A stretch of 64,000 nucleotides of DNA from Octopus vulgaris (lineage: Eukaryota). The stretch spans positions 3,410,001-3,474,000 of the forward strand of contig OX597823.1 in assembly GCA_951406725.2 (NCBI GenBank), in the 5' to 3' direction. This document shows, piece after piece, positions 53,582-64,000 of the stretch. The translations under genes were made by a program, and so were the position numbers. Below the pieces are notes generated by a model that was not told where the DNA came from, did no database searches, and saw only the letters and a program-made list of their open reading frames with translations. Within the stretch, counting starts at the first letter, position 1. Each line of letters opens with the position of its first letter.

Positions 53582-54336
53582 ACATATAATGCATTTACAG
53601 GCCATGAAAATATGTCTAGGACAGGCAAAGGGTTAAGCTTCCATCTTCTATACTAGCATGGATTGGCTGGTTTGACAGGATCCAATGGATCTGTATCGTA
53701 CACTTGTGTGAAATTCCTCTCTCCTTTATTACATATGCGTACATTCGAATGCCCATCCAACAGCATTACAACGACCTCCATCTTCGTCGCCACCATCATG
53801 CCTCTCACCAACGTCATCAACAACATCTCTATCTACACTGCACAGGTTCTAACATAGCACTGTTTGTGAACTACTTCGCCATGGTTAACAGCAAACATAC
53901 AACCCATACAGATGCATGTAAATGTGTCAATAAATCTTTCATAAACCTTCTACTCGGTTGTGCCTCTTCTCTTTTTCCGACTGGTACATTATATGTATTA
54001 TTTCAACCTTCTGATATGAATCATTATTAGATGGTCACACTACGCATCCCCTTGACCATTACAGATCCAAGGATTGCATGAGGCTCCAACATCTACTTTG
54101 ATGTGATTCCTATGGCTAGATCTCCTTCCTAAGTTAATATAATCAATGACCAATTCTTCTCTTAAATCAAGCACCTCTCTTTCTAAGGTCAATTGCAGGA
54201 ACAAGATTAATAAGTTTTTAGAACAAAGGTGTACATGAAATAATAAAGGTCCTTATCAATAGGGGCCAGAAGTTGTAGCAGTCAATATTTGAAGTAGGCA
54301 GCAAACTGGCAGAATCATAAGCACACAGGGAAAAAT

Positions 54337-54712
54337 GAAGGAGTGGTTGTGTGGTAAGAAGCTTGCTTCCCAAACAGATGGTCCTGGGTTCAGTCCCACT
54401 GGGTGGCACCTTGGGCAAGTGTCTTCTACTATAGCCTCAGGCTGACCAAAGCATTGTGAGTGGATTTGGTAGATGGAAATTGAAAGAAGCCTGTCATATA
54501 TGTGTGTGTGTTTATGTGACTGTGTTTGTCCCCCCCACCATCGCTTGACGACCGATGTTGGTGTGTTTATATCCCTGTAACTTAACGGTTCAGTAAAAGA
54601 CACCGATAGAATAAGTACTAGGCTTACAAAGAAAATGTCTTGGGGCCCATTTGTTCAACTAAAGGCAGTGCTCCAGCACGGCCACAGTCAAATGACCGAA
54701 ATGAATAAAAGA
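54337..54712 (+). repeat. SINE family E (tRNA-derived head, CORE-like CCTTGGGCAAG motif, internal (TG)n); near full-length copy
   Basis: TGTGTGGTAAG (A-box-like), GGGTTCAGTCCC (B-box-like), 3' end GGCCACAGTCAAATGACCGAAA. Copies at 3.8, 5.7, 9.3, 24.6, 33.9, 36.4, 38.0, 41.5, 49.3, 57.5 and 58.5 kb. Confidence 0.88.
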
Positions 54713-54924
54713 ATTTCATCCATATTTATATTTTGAGTTCAAATGTCACCAAGGTCAACTTTGCCTTTCATTCTTTTGGGGTCAACAAAATAAGTACCAG
54801 TTGAGTACTGGGGTCAATGCAATTGACTCACCCACTGCCCCAAATTTGCTGGCCCTTTGCCAAAATTTGAAACCAATATTTGAAGGGGATGAGACAGTAA
54901 AATGATAGAGAGTATGTAATCTTG

Positions 54925-55205
54925 CAGTTCTATATTTAAGGGATGAGGAATTATTTACAATATTTACATTTGACGAGCATACGGTGTAGTGGCTAAGAGT
55001 GCGGGCTACTAACCCCAGAGACCTGAATAATAATAATAATAATAATGATAATAATGATGATAACATTGAAAAATACCTTAGGAATGAGAACCCAGGTTCA
55101 AAATTTCCCCAGGATACCTGATGAAGGGTGGAGGGTATGTAAGCCAAAATGTTGTGTTAACAACAGACAAGATGAGAACAAATATCCATCAACTGTAAAT
55201 AATGT
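54925..55205 (+). mobile_element. Second copy of the tRNA-headed hammerhead element, with inverted 5' end and TSD
   Basis: About 50 bp of inverted element 3' end (54925-54974), tRNA-like head 54975-55016, (AAT)n, hammerhead 55113-55158. Flanked by AGA(G/A)TATGTAATCTTG at 54909-54924 and 55206-55221. Confidence 0.8.
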
Positions 55206-56515
55206 AGAATATGTAATCTTGTTAGATATTTTGGGTTCAATACCTGCAAGAGTCATCTTTACCTTTCAACCTTTGGGGATCAATAAATCAAAATACTAAT
55301 AATAATTTCTGATTGAAGCACAAAAAACACCAGTAATTTTGAAGTGGTGGTGGTGGGGGGGAGGTTGATACCATTGATCCCAGTTTTTGACTGGTATTTT
55401 GTTTTATGACCCCAAGAAGGATGAGAGGCAATGTGGCCTAGTGGATAGGCTGTTGCACTCATGAACATAAGATTGTGGTTTTGATTCCTGGGCCAGGATA
55501 TGCAGTGTGTCCTTGAGCAGGACCCTTCATTCCACACTGCTCCAGTCCACTCAGTTGTGAGTAGCCATTGTGATGGAAGGGGATCCCGTTCAGGGGAAAC
55601 TGTTGGGATCTCAGTCACTTATACACCACGGAAATCAGATAGACAGGCCCTATAAGCTGTAAGGGCCTGAGACAGTAACGTCCAGGGGTTGATGATAAAG
55701 GATGAAAGGCAAAGCTGACCTCAGCAAAATGAAAATGCAAATCGTGCCAACATTATGCTGGAGTTGATATGAGCAATGGCTGCTCTTCCGAAAAAGGAAG
55801 GAAAAAAGCCTGAAAGAAATGGAAGCAAACAAAGGAAGAAATCTACAGAAAAAAAAAACTGATTCAACACAAAACTACAACTGCAAATGGACCTCCTCAT
55901 AGTCATTCATATTGCTAAAAATAGCAGCCAAATCACCATCATATTAAACCAAACTGCCGTTCAAAAAGAGAAGACAGGACATGGCAATGCAACAATATAT
56001 TGTCCGGATTAGTTCATTTTTTTACAGTTAAACTCAAAGTAGATAAAATTATAAATAATAACCTGTAAATATGGAGTTAAAAATGTTTTTGGATAGAAAA
56101 GTCAAAGGCTGTTCCATGGGACATCCTTCAACCTTTTCCATCTGAAGGGTGTCTTCTTAGCCTAATATTTACATGCCATTATAGCTTTATCTACTTCAAG
56201 TTCCACTGTTAAAAATGAATTATTTCAGGTCTCTTGAAGTTTTGAAATTCTTATGACAATCATTTAGTATATACACGCAAAAATACAGGATAGTCATGGG
56301 CGGAAGGTCTTTGATCACAGATCTGCTCGAGCAAGGCTGATCAAGAACACAACAACAGTCTAATCCCATATATGTTTCCACAGCTAAAAAGTAGCAGTTG
56401 AGTAGCTTTGTTTAGTTCCAGTAAGTAAAGGAATTAGTCAATATTATGTAGACAGTGGAATCAATGGAACCACTCCGTATCTCACACATACATAAACACA
56501 TGTATTATACAAGAT

Positions 56516-56546
<31 letters not shown>

Positions 56547-57486
56547 AATACATTATACATCACATATACATACATATGTGTCATGTATACATAATCATGC
56601 ATATGCGCATATACATCTGCACACAGATGCACACACACATGTGCAAATGCACACGTAATGCACATATATCTGTAATTTCAGATAAATTGACAGCAAACCA
56701 TAATACATTGAGTGCATTAAGTGCATAAACATCAAAAGATGCACACATGCAGAGTAGGAGAGCAGAAGACTGACGACTGCACAGATAGCAGCAGCAGCAG
56801 CACTTGTCTTCTGTTACCTCTCTTATACCATTTAAGAGGCGGCACCGGGATTCAGCAATTGGTAATTCAGTTGACTGAATGTCATAACCCAGTTTTGATT
56901 CTTGGCTAGAATTGCTCCAGCTGTACCTGTGATATCTTGCGTAAAAGTATGAACCTCACATTATCACTGCCATCATCATCATCATCATCTCTGTCATAAA
57001 GTCCATTTTTCCATAATGCTTGCATGAGTCAGACAAAATTCATTGAGGCAGATTTTCCATGGCTGGATGCCCTTCCTGTTGCCAACCCTTACCTCTTTCC
57101 AAGCAAAGTAATATTTCCCTATGATCAGATACATATTTCATACAAAAGTAAAAGTAGGCCTAGAGGTTAAAGCTTATATGACAAAGATGCCCGTATACAA
57201 CCATCATGTGATGTCTAGACGTGGGCACACTCACACACACACATATCATCATCATCATTTAGCGTCCGCTTTCCATGCTAGCATGGGTTGGACGGTTCAA
57301 CTGGGGTCTGGAAAGCCAGAAGGCTGCACCAGGCCCAGTCTGATCTGGCAATGTATCTATGGCTGGATGCCCTTCCTAATGCCAAACACTCTGTGAGTGT
57401 AGTGGGTGCTTTTTATGTGCCACCAGCACGGGGGCCAGGCGAGGCTGGCAATGGCCACGATCAGATGGTGCTTTTAAAGAAGCCTG

Positions 57487-57561
<75 letters not shown>

Positions 57562-58629
57562 TGTGTCTGTGTTTGTCCCCCCAACAATGCTGGTGTATTT
57601 GTGTCCCCGTAACTTAGCCGTTCGGCAAAAGAGACTGATAGAATAAGTGCTAGGCTTACAAAGAATACGTCCTGGGGTCAATTTGCTCGACTAAAGGTGG
57701 TGCTCCAGCATGGCCACAGTCAAATGACTGAAACAAGTAAAAGGGTAAAAGAGTATACAGCAAATGAAGTCCTAGTTGAGTAAAATAGGAATTAAAGGGG
57801 TCTATAAGAACCACTGTAAATAGGGATAAGTTGTGTGGAGGGGGTAGGAGGGGGAGAGAAGGGCATCAATGGCAAATACAAGGGAGTGTTGTATTGCAAT
57901 TAGGGGCAAGTATTCCTTACCTACAAAACACACCAAAATACCCAAACTAGATTTGAACCCATGACATATATCATCAGTCAGTCAGCCAGGTGCACAGATG
58001 AAATATGCAGATTGCTGGTTAGTGTTAAACACATCTTCAAAATTTGTCTCCATTAAGAAAAAAAAATATAAAAAATAAAATACAAACACACAGAATCTCA
58101 CCCACCTGCTCCCTTAACAGACCTCTTCCACCTGCCTAATTAATTATTTGGGGCTGATCCTCAGATTATCAGTGACTTTTGTGTGAAAGGTCTACTTGAG
58201 TAGACTTGGGAAAGCCTTCTCAACACCACCATGAACAATAGCATAGTTGTCTTGTGGATTAAGATAATCCTGATAAGCTAACTGGAGTTTTAGTTATTGC
58301 TCTCAGTGCATAGACTAAGTTAGATGAAACACACACACTAGTCTGTCTGTCTGTCCGTTCAACCAGATTGGTCTTCTGAGATTTCTATACAAAAGCATCA
58401 CGTGAAAGAGTTATTTAAAGCATTTATGGTCCAATAATAACTTTTCTGGTTTAGACCAAGTATTGTTTGTCTTGCGGATAGATGCTTTGTGGTTGAGCAG
58501 TCTGCTTCCCAAACATTTGGTTCTGGATTCAGTCCCACTGTGTGGCACCTTGGACAAGTGTCTTCTGTTATATTCCCAGATCAACCAAAGTCTTGTGAGT
58601 GAATTTGGTAGACTGAAACCAAAAGAAGG

Positions 58630-59200
58630 TACCAAGGAGATACCCAAAAGAAACCAGAATTTTCTAATATCATTTTATTCACTTAGTTTTACATGTTTAC
58701 ACTTTGGTCACCTTCAAAGAATTCTCCATTTGAAGCAATACATCAGGCTAGATATGTTTTCCACTGTTCAAAGCAGTCCTGGAACTCTTGCAAAGTGATG
58801 CCTTTTAATGCCTCCATTGTTTCCTTCTTCACCTCTTCCACATCTGCAAATTCCATAGCACCAGCTTTCATCACCAGTGATGACCTTCAAAAGAAGGTCC
58901 AGATCAACTTCCAACTGCTCTTTCAGTTCACAACATGCATTCAGTCGTGACTGCTTTTGATCTTCCTTGAGAAAGCAAGGCATGAATTTTTCTGCAACTC
59001 TTTTCATTCGCATTTCCTTGCTCAAAATTTGTTGGCAGGGGCTCCAAGACACACCAATCATATCAACATGTTCGTCAATTGTTCAGAAGTCATCTCAGTT
59101 CCTTGTCATCTCCTCTGTGATGCCTAATGTCTGGAAATCCTTTCTCACTATTTTGTCCCACGTCTTCCATATAACATTAAACACAAAATCATTTTAAGGT
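58630..59200 (-). mobile_element. Internally deleted mariner (Tc1/mariner) transposon remnant
   Basis: Minus strand KRVAEKFMPCFLKEDQKQSRLNACCE...KVITGDESWCYG is joined directly to the C-terminus FADVEEVKKETMEALKGITLQEFQDCFEQWK...CIASNGEFFEGD. TIR-like end at ~58630-58660. Confidence 0.85.
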
Positions 59201-59430
59201 AGGTATATGTTAGGTCCCTGTATGTTCAAATCCCTGGGTACCACATGGATTTGAACTTTTGTCATCATTATTGCTAGTGACATTCTCAAGTAATCTGGTA
59301 ACAAACTTCCAACAGCTAGATAGAATAAAATATTCTGCCCAGAAAAGCCTGGACTTGAACTAATGACCTATGCGTAAGTAAACCAACACCTTATTCACTT
59401 GGGCATCTCATCTCAGCACAAACAATATTA

Positions 59431-59463
<33 letters not shown>

Positions 59464-59874
59464 ACCTGCTGTTATACTCAAGATCTTCCGCCAACATCTT
59501 AACAAAAAATGATTACAGGAAATATGATGCATTTTATAAGGATTAAGACTGCAGTCAGGACCTGTTCCAGATCCCTGGCCTGGGGAACCAAAGAGATGCC
59601 TGACAAATGAAGGAGAGGCCCGTGACTATTCACTGGGCCCTTCCTTAAAAGGAAAATAGAAAAAATTTGTTTCGGCATTTGAGAAAAAAAAATTATAAAC
59701 GTTTATATATGAGAGACAAGGCATCATGAAAACAATAATCAAGAGTTGGATGGTTTGAGAGGAAACCATGCGTCCAAGGGTTGCACCGAGCTCTGACACC
59801 TGTTTCAGCATCAGTTTTATGACTGAATGCCCTTCCTAATGCCAACCACTTTACAGCATGGGCTCATGAAAACT

Positions 59875-59959
<85 letters not shown>

Positions 59960-62486
59960 ACATAGCCTAGTGGTTAGGGGTATTGCACTCACAATCACCA
60001 GATCGTGGATTCAATTCCTGGACCAAGCAGCACATTGTGTTCTTGAGCAAAACACTTCATTTCATGTTGCTCCAGTCCACTCAGCTAGAAAGGGGTAACC
60101 CTGGAATGGATGACCCTTCTGATCAGGGGAAATTTTGGCCTACTCACCTAAGTAGTGGAGTGGCATCATTCAAAAGTTAAAAAAGTATAAAGCGTATTGT
60201 GACTAGTGATGTATAACAACATCTGATAGTCTGATCGATCATGTGATATATATATAACCACATCACCTACCCCTACCTTTTGTCCACTTCTGCTGTCAGT
60301 TATCCCTAGTGATTATTCTACCCCACCACCCGACGCTTACAGACTGATGACTGGATCTGCTCATCCTCATCCCTTCTCTACGTTTATGTAAGAGATTACA
60401 TTGGACCATTCCCCTGTCTCTAGAATTTTCTCTCTATCACAACTCTTAACTTCATCTTTCTCCACAACCAACCACCATACACACTTACCTCCAGGCCACC
60501 TCCATTGCCACACATCACTCCAGAATTACTGGAAAATGGAGCGAATGTCTATAGTGCTAGTAGCAACCACAAAACACACTTAATATACACCAAAGTGGTT
60601 GGCAAACAAGGAAGAAAAGAGTGCTTGAAGGTCTTAAGTCCCTTTATTCAACCTCTTCAGGATTGGTGTCATGAGAAACTGTATCCAATACACTCTGTAT
60701 AGTGATTGGTGTTAGAAAGACCATCTGGCCATAGAAAGCAAGTCAGAATGACGTGTGAGCGCCAGTCTGGGAGAACAATTGCCCCTTGTCCAGAAGAGGA
60801 AATGATTCAGTTTGCGATGACCCAACCAACACCTGCCAGATTCAAAAGCTAATGTCAAAATTTCATATAAATCCATACATGTGTACATATGTATATCTGT
60901 GAATGAGTATGCATGTAAGTGTGTGTGTGTGTACACACATACACACATATATATTTCTTTACTGCCCACAAGAGGCTAAACATAGAGGGGACAAACAAAA
61001 GGATTAAGTTGATTACATCGACCCCAGTGCGAAACTGGTACTTTATTTATCGACCCCGAAAGGATGAAAGGCAAAGTCGACCTCGGCAGAATTTGAACTC
61101 AGAACACATACACACTTATTCTCTGACTGATAAAGCCAAAATTAGAATTATAACTTCCCAGCACCATGGCAGTACTGCAGCATGGGCTGAAGTACAGCGG
61201 TTTGAAATACTAACTGAAAAGAGAGAGAGAGAGAGAGAGAACAGCAAAAAGAATTGCATTACCACCGAAAATAAATGAAACTAAATTCAAATAAACACAC
61301 ATTGTTTGTTTCCCATCCCCCCCACCACTCTATTTTCTCTTTAAAGAGAAAAGCTAATGCACCACCACCACCACCACCACCAGCCACCAGTTATTTATAG
61401 AAGACACTAGTTCTGGATGTATGTCAAAGTATTTGTCCTGCGTCTGTGTGTGCGCGTGTGTCTGTGAGTGTGTGTGCGTGTGTCTCAGTCGAAGCCAGCC
61501 TGCCTCGTTAAAAAGCAGACAAATATTATACAAGGGTGACAGCTAGGAAGAAGTGAAATAATCTATAGGCAACAGGCAACTTCATTTCTTTTTTTTCTTA
61601 TTTATTTTTTGCTCATACGTTTCCAGTATTTTTCTTTTTTTTTTTTGAGACGGATTTCTGCAACATATACACAATGTGTAAAGTGTGACTCCGCCCTTAT
61701 GCAAAATGGAATGAAAAGAGAGAGAGAGAGAGAGTGAGAAGATAAAGAAAACAAAAAACACTCTCCCCTCAAAAAGGGAAATTGTAAAATACAAAACTAT
61801 CCCATTGATTTAAGTTGCTTTGATAAATGCTTCTTATGTTGGTACATGTACTTAATGCATGTACTTAATGCACACACACACACGCATAAATAAATGGATA
61901 AAGGTCTTTCCAGAGTCGTATAGGCTCACAGGACTGGTTTCCCAGTTTACTTGGCACATGCTTTCCCCCCTGGATAGGACACCAGTCCATCACAGGGTTA
62001 ACTCATTCTTACTAGCTAAGTGAACAGGAGCAATGTGACCTGAAGTGTTTTGCTCAAGAATGCAACACGTCGCCCAGTCAAGGAATTGAAACCACAATCT
62101 TACGATCGTGAGTCCAACACTCTTACCACAAAGCCATGCACCTCCACACACAACCAGCTTCTTTCAGAGTCTGTCCACAAATCCACCAATAAAGTTTTGG
62201 TCAACATGGGGTTAAAGTAGAAGACACTCACCCGAGGTGCCATGCAGTGGAAGTGAACCTGACGCCACACAGTTGAGAAGCGTTTGAACCACACAGCCAT
62301 GTCTACTTAGAAATATCAAAGCACTTTCAGCACAAGAACAAAATGCCTAAGGCTGTTGTTGAGAAACAATATCCCTCATCACAAGTACAAGTCTCTCACA
62401 CACAGCATCCATCTTTTATAACTTGCTTTATTCTAGTTAATGTTCCAGTGATAACAACTGGCTCCATCATCATCATCTTTTCTTAC

Positions 62487-62703
62487 TTCTTTATTGCCCA
62501 CAAGAGGCTAAACATTGAGAGGACAAACAAAGGGATTAAGTCGATTACATCAACCCCAGTGCGAAACTGGTACTTTATTTATCGACCCCGAAAAGATGAA
62601 AGGCTAAGTAGACCTCGACGGAATTTGAACTCAGAACGTAGCGGCAGACGAAATACCACTAAGAATTTCGCCCAGTGTGCTAACGATTCTGCCGGCTCAC
62701 CAC
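62487..62703 (-). repeat. SINE family B copy carrying a Tx1-like LINE 3' tail
   Basis: Family B head and body ending in TTGTCCTCTCAATGTTTAGCCTCTTGTGGGCAATAAAGAA. Confidence 0.85.
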
Positions 62704-64000
62704 CTTTTCTTATACAACTCGTCTTTTGTTATACAGAAGCTCATCAGAGTGTGGAGGTCAGTTGGATGTGTAACGTTAACTTGCATGGAAAAATGAAGAA
62801 CACTTGAGAGAGAGGTGAAGCATTTTAAGTCTCAACCAATGTGTGTAAGGGGGGGGAGACAGACAGAGAGAAAGTCTTGTAAATTGATGACACCTGTTTC
62901 GTAAAGAAGTACCATTTGTTACATTCTGAGAAGAGGTTCTGTCACATTATCACCAAGATTTTTATCTCTCTTTCCAGCTACTCCCACCTACCATTATATA
63001 ATGAGAGGTTAGTCTTCTATCTCTTCCGTAGCAAATCACTTGTACGTATTTCTCTATTACATTCTAGCATCTAAAATCTGACATAAAACCCCTTCTCCTT
63101 CTTCTACAATCCCACTCACTCGAGTGAGAGACTTTTTTTTTTTTGTTCTTTGTCTTGTGAGTTACCTGGCACTTCATTGGTGCTGGTGCCACACAAAAAT
63201 AAACCCAGTTCATTGTGTAAAGTGACTGGCATTAGGAAGCGCATCCAGCCATAGAGGCCATGCCAATGATGATGACACTGAACCTCCAGCATGAGAGATG
63301 GAGGTTAAATGATGATGATGGCAAGGAAGACATTGAAGAGGTTGGATATCAGGAAGTTGACTTCAGACAAGATGACACAAGAGTCAAAGGTTGGCAAAAT
63401 GCCATACAGAAAATCTACCAAAGCCATTTTATCAAAGGAAAAACAAATCAGATGTTAAATCTGTGATCATGATGAACCTAATTACATATGCACACACTGT
63501 GTATGTCATCATCATTTAACATCCACCTTCCATGCTGGCATGGGTGGGACAGTTTGGCAGGAGCCTGCACCAGGCTTCTGTGACTGTTTTGGTAGGATTT
63601 TTACAGCTGGACGCTGTAACGCCAGCCACTCAGCTTGTACAATGAAAGACAAAAATGACAGCTAAGGAAGAAAGAAGTTTGTTGACCACAAACACTCACT
63701 GTCTTCATAACAGCTGAAACAGGAATTTAATCATCATCATCATCGTTTAACGTCTGTTTTCCATGCTAGCATGGGTTGGATGGTTCGACTGGAGTATGAG
63801 AAGCCAGGAGGCTGCACCAGGCACCAGTCTGATCTGGCAGTGTTTCTACAGCTGAATGCCCTTCTTAACACCAGCTTTTTACGTGCCACCGGCACAAGTG
63901 CCAGGCAAGGCTGACAATGGCCACGATCGGTTGGTGCTTTTTACGTGCCACCGTCACAGAGGCCAGTCGAAGCGGCGTTGGCAACGGCCACGTTCAGCTG

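Noticed and set aside
57916-57975. Minus-strand ATG GGT TCA AAT... followed by a gtaag donor, as RNF11 exon 1
   Set aside because: In-frame TAG just before the donor and no MGNC/PPPY similarity.
61290-61316. Minus-strand MGNKQ as the RNF11 start
   Set aside because: Stops after nine codons.

Overview
AT-rich, repeat-dense eukaryotic DNA. It is most likely octopus/coleoid cephalopod, inferred from the SINE families, the (TA)n/(CA)n/(CAT)n microsatellites and the huge introns. Two genes converge tail to tail. The last three coding exons of MTAP lie on + (667-753, 2493-2615, 8535-8570). Exons 2 and 3 of an RNF11 orthologue lie on - (30359-30211, 22989-22815); RNF11 exon 1 was not found, so intron 1 is probably longer than 33 kb. 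Between the genes is an apparently full-length but degenerate Ingi/I-like LINE (9808-14473, 13-bp TSD, (AAC)n tail). Its 5' end carries an HDV/Pr77-like ribozyme fold, a virus-like 2A motif (GDIETNPGP) and four tandem PHD fingers ahead of APE-RT-RNase H-CCHC. The window also holds at least nine Penelope-type minimal hammerhead motifs from about five families. One family is a tRNA-headed SINE-like element with Penelope-style inverted ends. The remainder is SINEs, 3' fragments of CR1, RTE and Tx1-like LINEs, mariner and hAT remnants, a non-autonomous Helitron and MITEs. Almost all short ORFs in the supplied track are spurious.
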